From IMG/VR virus record IMGVR_UViG_3300028103_000009: a DNA stretch of 64,000 nucleotides. One strand, 5' to 3'. How positions within the stretch are numbered: the first letter of the stretch is position 1; the number at the start of each line of letters is the position of its first letter. Under the pieces are notes generated by a model. That model had not been told where the DNA came from, did no database searches, and worked only from the letters and a program-made list of their open reading frames with translations. The stretch comes from a virus. A program made the position numbers and the translations under genes. Positions 57,013 through 63,871 of this stretch are shown here, one piece after another.

Positions 57013-57235
57013 GTCGTCCTCCTGCCCATCTCATAGCTAGTAGTAGCTGATCTGATCTAGAGCCGCCACGCACTTCTATGGGTTCTGTGCCCCAGACATG
57101 TGTGTTACGGCTGATCCAAAAGTTTCCAGGATGCGATTGGCACCACTGTATAAACTCATGCCGTTCTAGACTGTTAGCAGGCCAACAGTAGCAGAGCCAA
57201 CGATGCTCACCCAGATCCTTTACTCGTATTTTCAT
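56990..57235 (-). CDS. Hypothetical protein (leaderless)
   Basis: Start revised to MKIRVKDL, 6 nt after TATACT. Confidence 0.55.
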   Translation of the reverse strand: MKIRVKDLGEHRWLCYCWPANSLERHEFIQWCQSHPGNFWISRNTHVWGTEPIEVRGGSRSDQLLLAMRWAGGRHGPENST

Positions 57236-57241
57236 AGTCTT

Positions 57242-57270
57242 AGTATACACGATGCTGACTTGTTTGTCAA
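57242..57270 (-). promoter_or_regulatory. sigma70-type promoter
   Basis: TTGACA-17-TATACT (extended TG). Confidence 0.8.
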
Positions 57271-57344
57271 GGCGCAGCCGCGCGATTTTTTTTTCGGCGA
57301 AGCAGCGCAAAAATTTAGCGCGAAGCGCACAGCGGTAAGATTTT

Positions 57345-57545
57345 TTAGCTTCTAGTAAGACCAAAGTATTCCATAGCTAGCCAGCATACAACACAGACCG
57401 CCCCAATCTTGGCCATGAACATGGCGAATGCATTTAGATCGTTGTCCAGCTTATCGGGCATGGGATACCAAGTATCTTCCTCCCTACTGTAGTAGTACTT
57501 ACGACCTCTTATTTCCTCTATATCCATAATATTCTTCTCGTTCAA
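57345..57545 (-). CDS. Small membrane protein
   Basis: ORF with C-terminal hydrophobic helix. Confidence 0.5.
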   Translation of the reverse strand: MNEKNIMDIEEIRGRKYYYSREEDTWYPMPDKLDNDLNAFAMFMAKIGAVCVVCWLAMEYFGLTRS

Positions 57546-57723
57546 TGACGGCTACTGCTCCCTCGCACTCTAGCAAAAACTGTGTTTCTAAGGTGTTGCG
57601 CGGCACTAGTATGCGTGTCCTATTTAGATGCACTTCGTAGTGTAGACCATACCTCTCTGCGAAGCGTAGAGCACGCTCTAGACTGGGATCCGAAGTGTAG
57701 ACAGCATATTCTCTATAGGGCAT
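57499..57723 (-). CDS. Hypothetical protein
   Basis: Start revised to MPYREYAVY. Confidence 0.5.
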   Translation of the reverse strand: MPYREYAVYTSDPSLERALRFAERYGLHYEVHLNRTRILVPRNTLETQFLLECEGAVAVIEREEYYGYRGNKRS

Positions 57724-57761
57724 GATTGTATATAGCTTAAATAACCTAATGGAGGCAAAAA

Positions 57762-57941
57762 ATGACAGAAACACACAAGAGAACCATAGCTAGAGCTGTG
57801 ATATGGAGAGTGATAGCTACCTGTGTAACAGCCATATGGGCAGGATGGTCAGGAGCGATCTGGGCCAACATAGTGCTGACAGCGTTACATTATGTGCATG
57901 AAAGACTATGGCTAAGAGTCAGCTGGGGAAGGCAGATCTAG
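57762..57941 (+). CDS. Second DUF2061-like membrane protein (59 aa; absent from ORF track)
   Basis: MTETHKRTIARAVIWRVIAT...HYVHERLWLRVSWG; GGAGG RBS; TAAATA at 57738. Confidence 0.75.
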   Translation: MTETHKRTIARAVIWRVIATCVTAIWAGWSGAIWANIVLTALHYVHERLWLRVSWGRQI

Positions 57942-57944
57942 AGA

Positions 57945-58031
57945 TCACTGCAGGATCATGACCGCGATGATGACTAGGAACACTAGCAGCCACAGTGTAT
58001 AAGATATTAGGAAATGGATGTCTATGCGCAT
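57945..58031 (-). CDS. 28-aa hydrophobic peptide
   Basis: MRIDIHFLISYTLWLLVFLVIIAVMILQ; TAAGTA 4 nt upstream. Confidence 0.35.
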   Translation of the reverse strand: MRIDIHFLISYTLWLLVFLVIIAVMILQ

Positions 58032-58082
58032 CTGTTACTTATCGAGTTGACAACCTAGACCATAAGATAGTATCATATAACT

Positions 58083-58469
58083 ATGCGACAACAAACTAAA
58101 ACTTGTGCGATGTGTCTAGTGGAAAAGCCAGAATCGGCTTTTGGCAGAGACGGCGGTCGACATGGGTATCTACGCTATGAATGCAGAGAATGCGCTAGAC
58201 AGCAGAGTCGAACTCTAAGAGCTATTAAAAGGTCAGCAAAGCCGCCCGAGAAAGATCATCGCTGTGCTATCTGTCTAAGAAACTATGATGAAATGCAGGG
58301 TCACAGTCTGCGTAGAAAAAACTGGGTCTGCGATCATGATCACGAAACAGGCCTATTTAGAGGTTGGCTATGCCATAAATGCAACATGGGCTTGGGAAAT
58401 CTAGCAGACGATGTAGAACGGTTACAGCGAGCTATCAAGTATATAGAACAGAGTAGAAAAGGGTCCTAG
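58083..58469 (+). CDS. Endonuclease VII-like (His-Me finger) nuclease
   Basis: CAIC, DHDHETGLFRGWLCHKCNMGLG; sigma70-like promoter just upstream. Confidence 0.85.
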   Translation: MRQQTKTCAMCLVEKPESAFGRDGGRHGYLRYECRECARQQSRTLRAIKRSAKPPEKDHRCAICLRNYDEMQGHSLRRKNWVCDHDHETGLFRGWLCHKCNMGLGNLADDVERLQRAIKYIEQSRKGS

Positions 58470-58615
58470 CGGGATAAAATTTTGGCCGCGCAAAAAATTT
58501 GGGTGGAGTACTTTTCTTTTCAGGGTGGTGATTTGCTACCCCTGTTGCAAAAATACAACACTGTACGCACTATAGCCCCCCACCCCCATCGGCCGAACCT
58601 TCACCGACCGAGACC

Positions 58616-58828
58616 TCAACACCGATCCGTCATGCCGGGTCTCTTCTGGTCGTCTCTGAGGTGCCCTGAACAGATCCTTTCTGCTGCGCCCGACCAAGCA
58701 GGGATCTGATCCGTCAACTGATAAGGCGGTCTCGGGTCCCAGGGCGCATCTCTACGATCCCTAACAGCGCAGCCCGCAGCACAGCTAGCGGCTAGCGTTA
58801 CGGATAGCAGTCTTAGCAGCATCTGCAT
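58616..58828 (-). CDS. Putative lipoprotein
   Basis: Signal peptide with AAGC lipobox-like site. Confidence 0.5.
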   Translation of the reverse strand: MQMLLRLLSVTLAASCAAGCAVRDRRDAPWDPRPPYQLTDQIPAWSGAAERICSGHLRDDQKRPGMTDRC

Positions 58829-59015
58829 ATGTGTCTAGCCCCTGTTCTTGTTCTGTGCATTCCCACGCAGCGATCTGCAGCAGGCTACGGCCATCGCAGC
58901 CGTCCTTATAGGGCAGTGCTGCCAGCACAGCTTCAGCTTGTCCTAGGCTTTGGCAGTTCCATAGTATGTCTATGATCTCGCGCTGCCTATGTGTGAGTCC
59001 TGTGATCTGTATCAT
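58785..59015 (-). CDS. Hypothetical protein (leaderless)
   Basis: Start revised to MIQITGL, 6 nt after TATACT of a TTGACT-17-TATACT promoter (59022-59050). Confidence 0.6.
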   Translation of the reverse strand: MIQITGLTHRQREIIDILWNCQSLGQAEAVLAALPYKDGCDGRSLLQIAAWECTEQEQGLDTYADAAKTAIRNASR

Positions 59016-59227
59016 AGTCTTAGTATAGCTCCAATAGCATAGATAGTCAATAGTCCCGCGTTCACAGCTACCAAGTTCCAATCGCGTACGGTTAGACTCC
59101 AGTATAGGTACAGGACGCTGCCTAGGTTCAGCAGCAGGATGTTCAAGGGATCCTGTCCCAGTGCAGTTGCCGCAGCACCCGCTAGGGTACATATGAGCGC
59201 CAAGTGTTTGGCCGCAGCAGCGATCAT
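59012..59227 (-). CDS. Small membrane protein
   Basis: MIAAAAKHL...; ATGA-coupled to the upstream peptide. Confidence 0.55.
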   Translation of the reverse strand: MIAAAAKHLALICTLAGAAATALGQDPLNILLLNLGSVLYLYWSLTVRDWNLVAVNAGLLTIYAIGAILRL

Positions 59228-59295
59228 AGCAAGAGTGTGGCTGCGAATACCACGGGGGGCGCAAAGATCATCGCAACGGCTAAGAGTGTCTGCAT
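59224..59295 (-). CDS. 23-aa hydrophobic peptide
   Basis: MQTLLAVAMIFAPPVVFAATLLL; AAGGA RBS; downstream of promoter 59321-59349. Confidence 0.45.
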   Translation of the reverse strand: MQTLLAVAMIFAPPVVFAATLLL

Positions 59296-59354
59296 GAGTA
59301 GTCCTTGTTGTCATGTCCATATTATATGCTCGTAGACCCAAACTGTCAACCACG

Positions 59355-59528
59355 TTATGCTGCCGCGAACAGAGCGCGGAACTGGCTCATCACGTTGTGG
59401 AAACTACGCAGCTCTGAGATGGTGAACTCTTCAGTGTTGTTCTCGATGTAGATCAGGGTTTCCAGCACGGGCAGCTGACCCAAGCGTTCCTGTATGCCTG
59501 CTATGACTTTGAGATCTTGATTGATCAT
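59355..59528 (-). CDS. Small early protein (57 aa; absent from ORF track)
   Basis: MINQDLKVIAGIQERLG...FAAA; own promoter and AAGGAGCGAA RBS. Confidence 0.65.
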   Translation of the reverse strand: MINQDLKVIAGIQERLGQLPVLETLIYIENNTEEFTISELRSFHNVMSQFRALFAAA

Positions 59529-59580
59529 CATTCGCTCCTTTGTTAATATGTGTGTAGTATACTACCGTTCGCCCAAACTG

Positions 59581-59838
59581 TCAACCAGTCGGGCTGTTGC
59601 AGAATTGCCACATCTTGAACTGATCCCCGCGCAGCCCCATCAAGATTCCTTCGTAGTCCCTGTAAGAGCAGCAGGCCCAAATCTCGCGAGGTTCGTAGCG
59701 GTATGTGCCGTAGCCTTGACCCCAATCGTATTCACGTGGAGTGTTGTGCTGTGTGACTATCCTACGGGCCGTGCTGGCTCGCTTGTAGTACTTTTCCATA
59801 CGGCCCGAGCGGACCTCGTAGACGATCCAACCTGACAT
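59581..59838 (-). CDS. Hypothetical early protein
   Basis: TGATG-coupled ORF; GAGGA RBS. Confidence 0.6.
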   Translation of the reverse strand: MSGWIVYEVRSGRMEKYYKRASTARRIVTQHNTPREYDWGQGYGTYRYEPREIWACCSYRDYEGILMGLRGDQFKMWQFCNSPTG

Positions 59839-60110
59839 CAGTCCTCGACCCTAGACAGCATGTTTGCGGGAACCCTGTAGCGACCAAAGGCTGTGTTAAC
59901 GATACAGTTCTTGATCGCGACCTTTTCCACGGTGCCCACCATCAAACGTCCGGTGCGGCTGCTGGTGAATGAGATCTTGTCCCCGGCCATGAGGTTGATG
60001 GTAGCCATCTTTGACAGCTTGGTGCGCCGCTGTTTGATCAGATCGATCATTTCAGAGGTATCCTCGAGTGTGGCGTCCCTGAGGATGAAATCACGGATGT
60101 CTGTGCGCAT
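59838..60110 (-). CDS. Hypothetical early protein (SH3/KOW-like C-terminus)
   Basis: Start revised to MRTDIRD; AAGGAG RBS; own promoter. Confidence 0.65.
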   Translation of the reverse strand: MRTDIRDFILRDATLEDTSEMIDLIKQRRTKLSKMATINLMAGDKISFTSSRTGRLMVGTVEKVAIKNCIVNTAFGRYRVPANMLSRVED

Positions 60111-60172
60111 AGTTGCTCCTTTGTGTGTCAGTATGTGTATTGTACTGCCAAACTGCGAAAAGGTCAACCGAT

Positions 60173-60565
60173 TTAGGTGTTGTTTTTTTGCAACAGTAGA
60201 TCGCCACCCTCGGCCCGATCAACGATGAATTTAACCGTGTCCTTGAAGCGGCTGCGGATCTCTCGCTGTAGTCCCTCAGCTGTAGAGCTCTGTCCTACGA
60301 ACTGCTCTGTGTCCTTGCGATAGGCATAGAGCTGGCCTTGATGCTGCTCGATACGGATCTGGATCAGCTCGGGTTCGGCACTCTCATCGCTGTCCTCGGT
60401 GATCTCCCGCTCTAATTTCTCGCGTAATTTACGAAGGTCTGCGGGCTTGATGCCTAGATCCTTGAGCACTTCGCCGAGGATCATACGGAAGAACACACGC
60501 TCTACGAAGCGGCCCAGAAGGAATCCCAGGATGAATACCGTGAATAGAATTAAGATCAGTTCCAT
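60173..60565 (-). CDS. Membrane-anchored hypothetical protein
   Basis: N-terminal TM helix; AGGAG RBS. Confidence 0.65.
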   Translation of the reverse strand: MELILILFTVFILGFLLGRFVERVFFRMILGEVLKDLGIKPADLRKLREKLEREITEDSDESAEPELIQIRIEQHQGQLYAYRKDTEQFVGQSSTAEGLQREIRSRFKDTVKFIVDRAEGGDLLLQKNNT

Positions 60566-60589
60566 GAATTATTTACTCCTAAGAGAGAT

Positions 60590-60623
60590 AAAAAAAGGGC
60601 GGATGCATCGAGTACACCCGCCC
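60590..60623 (-). terminator. Rho-independent terminator
   Basis: GGGCGGGUGUA-CUCGA-UGCAUCCGCCC followed by U7. Confidence 0.85.
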
Positions 60624-60650
60624 TGTGCCTATTACCGGGAGCGAATCGGA
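60590..60650 (-). ncRNA. Candidate 3'UTR-derived antisense sRNA (seed GAUUCGCUCC)
   Basis: Seed at 60638-60647 is the reverse complement of the GGAGCGAA(UC) RBS of neighbouring genes; followed by terminator. Confidence 0.4.
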
Positions 60651-60956
60651 TTAGGCAGTAACAGCTTCACGTGTCTCGACCTTAGCTGCAGGCGCAGCAA
60701 GGGTGACGCCGTTCTTCTTGGCTACGTAAGCGATGGCAGCTTCCACTGCAGGCTTACCTGTGCCATAACCTGTAGAGTACAGGTGCTGAGCGATCTCAGC
60801 CTTGGTCATCTCGTTAGGAAGGTTGATCAAGTCAACGTCCTTGTGACCATTCTTTGCGAGGATCTTGATTCGCATCGAGTCATTTGCGAAACGGATCTTA
60901 GTCTTACCATTCAGCGTCGAAACGCCAGCTACGGAGAACTTCTTTTCAGTTGCCAT
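60651..60956 (-). CDS. Basic hypothetical protein, probably highly expressed
   Basis: Own promoter, 5' hairpin, terminator; Ala/Lys-rich tail. Confidence 0.75.
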   Translation of the reverse strand: MATEKKFSVAGVSTLNGKTKIRFANDSMRIKILAKNGHKDVDLINLPNEMTKAEIAQHLYSTGYGTGKPAVEAAIAYVAKKNGVTLAAPAAKVETREAVTA

Positions 60957-61039
60957 TTTAATGTGCCTTTCTGTGTGTGTTTAAAAGTATACCAACCCTA
61001 TTTGGTATGCTACTAATATAGCATAGCCAATCCATACTG

Positions 61040-61240
61040 TCAACCATTCGGTTTACCAAAATCTCCTAGTTTGGTGACCCGAATAGTCACAGCTTCCTTC
61101 TCATCTAGAGCAGCGATGAACTCGTCGTCATAGATAAGATCCTGCATGGCCAGATCGATCATCTGCTCGACCCTAGCCTCGTCCGCTGTGCCCTCTCCGG
61201 CACAAAGGACTTCAAACTTGAACTCAAAGGTTCGCTTCAT
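61040..61240 (-). CDS. Hypothetical early protein
   Basis: ORF in early operon. Confidence 0.6.
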   Translation of the reverse strand: MKRTFEFKFEVLCAGEGTADEARVEQMIDLAMQDLIYDDEFIAALDEKEAVTIRVTKLGDFGKPNG

Positions 61241-61532
61241 TTTCCCAAAACTCCTTGCGTAGCATGAACATCGTGTATGCTTCTTTGTTTAGGTATATAC
61301 TCGACTTTTCTGCATCCCAAGCCCAAACCGGCTGTGTGCCGTCGAAGTATTCTGGGCGAGCGCAGAACAGTTCTCCGCTGGCGCCAAACTGTTGCCAAAG
61401 CCAGTTGCGGGCGCGGACCCATTGCTTGACACGGATCACACGCCCTTGCCCTGTGTAGCCAGTGAACTCGACCCTGTGACTAAAGCGTTCATGCCCGTCA
61501 TAGCGTCGGTCCAACTTGACCACATTCATCAC
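61224..61532 (-). CDS. Hypothetical early protein
   Basis: GGAG RBS; coupled to the upstream gene. Confidence 0.6.
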   Translation of the reverse strand: MMNVVKLDRRYDGHERFSHRVEFTGYTGQGRVIRVKQWVRARNWLWQQFGASGELFCARPEYFDGTQPVWAWDAEKSSIYLNKEAYTMFMLRKEFWENEANL

Positions 61533-62152
61533 AGCGGCTGCTCCTTGGCTTCGGCACCCTCACGGATCCACTGTGTGAGCTCTTCCTCATTCTCACGCTC
61601 ATACTCTTCCATGCACTCGCTGATGCCAAAGCACTCATCCAAGTCCTCAGGAATCTCATCGCGGACCTGTTTGCTGGACATCTCGCTCAGGTCATAGTTG
61701 TCTTCACAGCCATCTTCAAAGACGCCAGCGAAGCACATGCCGGGCTCATAATACATGGCTCGCACTTCATAGCCCTGCTCGGTCAGTTCTTGGTAAACGC
61801 CCACTGGAGGAGCCCAAGCACTGTCAAAGCCCACGCTCATGCTAGTGCCATCCTCGCTGACGTCTGCAGGGTTGCAGTCATCGCCACCCACATCCCACTT
61901 GGTGCCCCAACGGCTGGTCTGGAAACTATACCAATCAGCATGTCCATACTTCTCAAGGTTGGACTTCTGCTGTGCTTCGTGGGCCTCACGCTTGTCCTCG
62001 CCCATGAAGCCTGACACTGTGTCAGTGAGCTCTTTAGGAGTAGGAATCACATGCTGGCAAAACTCTCCACGATTGAATGCGTCTGCGAGAGCACGGATTT
62101 TCTCAGGGTCCTTGTGGCTGATTTCCACATAGTTGTTGCACCAGTTTGGCAT
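61529..62152 (-). CDS. YubB/DUF1281-like ferredoxin-fold protein
   Basis: MPNWCNN, WY.....WGTKWD, FDSAWAPP, YYEPG..FAG. Confidence 0.75.
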   Translation of the reverse strand: MPNWCNNYVEISHKDPEKIRALADAFNRGEFCQHVIPTPKELTDTVSGFMGEDKREAHEAQQKSNLEKYGHADWYSFQTSRWGTKWDVGGDDCNPADVSEDGTSMSVGFDSAWAPPVGVYQELTEQGYEVRAMYYEPGMCFAGVFEDGCEDNYDLSEMSSKQVRDEIPEDLDECFGISECMEEYERENEEELTQWIREGAEAKEQPL

Positions 62153-62193
62153 AGGTTCGCTCCTTAAGTTAAGTTAGTATTATACATCCAAAA

Positions 62194-62379
62194 TCAGTCA
62201 AAGTCAACTGAACTCACTTCAACACCGTCTTCGATCTCTGTGTATAGATCGTAGATCTTACTCTGGATGATCTTCTTCTGGCCGGCTCTGATCGGGAGGG
62301 CCATGGCCAGTTCCTCGATCTGATCCAAGAGTCCATCAATCGCTTGTAGATCATGACCAACTGCATTAAAATCTCTCAT
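62194..62379 (-). CDS. Small acidic early protein
   Basis: Own promoter and AGGAGAGCGA RBS. Confidence 0.6.
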   Translation of the reverse strand: MRDFNAVGHDLQAIDGLLDQIEELAMALPIRAGQKKIIQSKIYDLYTEIEDGVEVSSVDFD

Positions 62380-62411
62380 ATCGCTCTCCTAAGTGTATGT
62401 GTATTATACAC

Positions 62412-62618
62412 TCAGCGTTTCAAAATGTCAACCAAATGTTGATTGGCCAAGTTCTGGTCTACCCGATCCACGAACCTCTGCTCGATCTCACGTGAGGCTC
62501 GATCGGCGATCTGGCTCACGGTCCTTAGGATCTTAGCCTGGGCCATCGCGGTCGTTTCCGGGGCACTCAGGGCATCCAGAGCGCGGCGTAGATAGTCCAG
62601 TTCCTCGGGCTTGATCAC
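62412..62618 (-). CDS. Hypothetical early protein
   Basis: GTGA-coupled ORF; GAGG RBS. Confidence 0.55.
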   Translation of the reverse strand: MIKPEELDYLRRALDALSAPETTAMAQAKILRTVSQIADRASREIEQRFVDRVDQNLANQHLVDILKR

Positions 62619-62812
62619 TTGTAGGCCTCTGCATTCTGGATCATCATCGCGCCACAGCCCATGATCATCAATCCCACGGTAGAAACCAAGGCACCCAGCA
62701 AAAGACCGGAGTTGTCCAAGCTCTGCTCAATGCCGCCCACACCGAAGATCGTTACGAGCAGTCCTACGATAAAGCAGAACATTCCGGATTTTTCCATTGA
62801 TGACTGTGTCAT
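62615..62812 (-). CDS. Two-TM membrane protein
   Basis: Start revised to MTQSSMEK; AGGAGCGAATC RBS; own promoter. Confidence 0.65.
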   Translation of the reverse strand: MTQSSMEKSGMFCFIVGLLVTIFGVGGIEQSLDNSGLLLGALVSTVGLMIMGCGAMMIQNAEAYK

Positions 62813-62875
62813 TGATTCGCTCCTAAGTTGTTTAGTATGTGTATTATACGACCAAAATACCAATCTGTCAACCGA

Positions 62876-63133
62876 TCAGCGCCAATCTTTTTTGTCGCCG
62901 TAGCGTTCGTTGTAGTCGTAGCCAGCCATGTATTCGGCCACGCTCTCAGGATCCGTAACCTCAACGCGGGGACCTGACTCGCCGCCAACTCCACCGTAGT
63001 GCGGCCGACGAGCCCGGCCGTAGTAAGAGTCTGCTGAGCCACGATCGTAGAGGCAACCGTGTTCTGAGCGCAGGAACTGCCAGCCCTTGAGGGCACGGAC
63101 CACACGCTCTTGTTCTGAAATCTCTGGATACAT
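62876..63133 (-). CDS. Hypothetical early protein
   Basis: HG.LYDRGSADSYYGR ... EY.AGY; own promoter and RBS. Confidence 0.7.
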   Translation of the reverse strand: MYPEISEQERVVRALKGWQFLRSEHGCLYDRGSADSYYGRARRPHYGGVGGESGPRVEVTDPESVAEYMAGYDYNERYGDKKDWR

Positions 63134-63202
63134 TCTTCGCTCCTTTTATCTAACTATGATGCTAGTATAGCACCAAACGTCCAAACTGTCAACCAAAATC
63201 CT

Positions 63203-63421
63203 TTAGCAGTCAGGGTCAAAATCGTGCCACTCCTGCATCTCGTCGGGTTGACCGTCGTAATCCGCATCAGAATCGCTGCTTAGGATTCGTTGGACTTCTT
63301 CTGGGGATACACCTAGCGTTTCGCTGATGGTTAGGATCGTGCCTTCGTCCTGGCCAAAATCATCACCCATATCGTGGGCCATGCTCATCACTTCCAGTTC
63401 CAGATTTGCAAAGTATCCCAT
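63203..63421 (-). CDS. Acidic early protein
   Basis: C-terminal YDGQPDEMQEWHDFDPDC; own promoter. Confidence 0.7.
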   Translation of the reverse strand: MGYFANLELEVMSMAHDMGDDFGQDEGTILTISETLGVSPEEVQRILSSDSDADYDGQPDEMQEWHDFDPDC

Positions 63422-63508
63422 AACTCGCTCTCCTTAGTATGCCTACAGTATAGCACCAAAAATCCAAACTGTCAACCAAAATCTGCAGAAAAGAAAAAGG
63501 TGTGGCTT

Positions 63509-63751
63509 TTATGCCACACCCGCCAGTTCCATAGCGTAGCGTTCCCAGTAATCGTCGCTGTCCTCAAACTCTTCTACGAGATCGTCGTATTCATCGATGA
63601 TCTGCACGTATTCACCGCGCAGCTGGTAACGATACACATGATCGCCGTTTACGACCACGTCCCCTGATCTACGGCCCCCTACGAACTCGATCTGCTCACC
63701 ATCGATGCTGTAGATCGTGCTGTTGTCGGTATACTTGAGATGGATATACAT
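63509..63751 (-). CDS. Acidic early protein
   Basis: Own promoter and AAGGAG RBS. Confidence 0.6.
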   Translation of the reverse strand: MYIHLKYTDNSTIYSIDGEQIEFVGGRRSGDVVVNGDHVYRYQLRGEYVQIIDEYDDLVEEFEDSDDYWERYAMELAGVA

Positions 63752-63871
63752 GGGCTTGCTCCTTTGTTTACCCGTGTAATGTAGCAGCTATAGCCCGAGC
63801 TGTCAACCAATCTTTTTGCAGGGCTGGTATGCTGTACACGCATAGCTAGCCCCGGTCAATTCGCTGCAGAA

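Larger units (their letters stand above)
59321..63806 (-). promoter_or_regulatory. Array of ten strong sigma70 early promoters (GGTTGACA-type)
   Basis: -10..-35 spans, all with 17-bp spacers: 59321-59349, 59556-59584, 60139-60167, 61015-61043, 62179-62207, 62403-62431, 62843-62871, 63164-63192, 63447-63475, 63778-63806. Confidence 0.9.

Noticed and set aside
56990-57364. N-terminal extension of ORF 56990..57364 across the GC/A-tract block
   Set aside because: A consensus promoter at 57242-57270 places the start at 57235, so the extension is probably non-coding
60399-61016. 205-aa plus-strand ORF, and GGGAGCGAA at 60637 as a plus-strand RBS
   Set aside because: Antisense to two genes, a terminator and the local promoters; no suitably spaced ATG follows the motif on the plus strand
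59321-63806. GGTTGACAGTTTGG repeats as a CRISPR array or attC cassettes
   Set aside because: Irregular spacing, degenerate sequence, and fully explained as -35/-10 promoters
63831-63859. Eleventh early promoter (TTGACC-17-TACAGC)
   Set aside because: Poor -10 hexamer and no gene directly downstream
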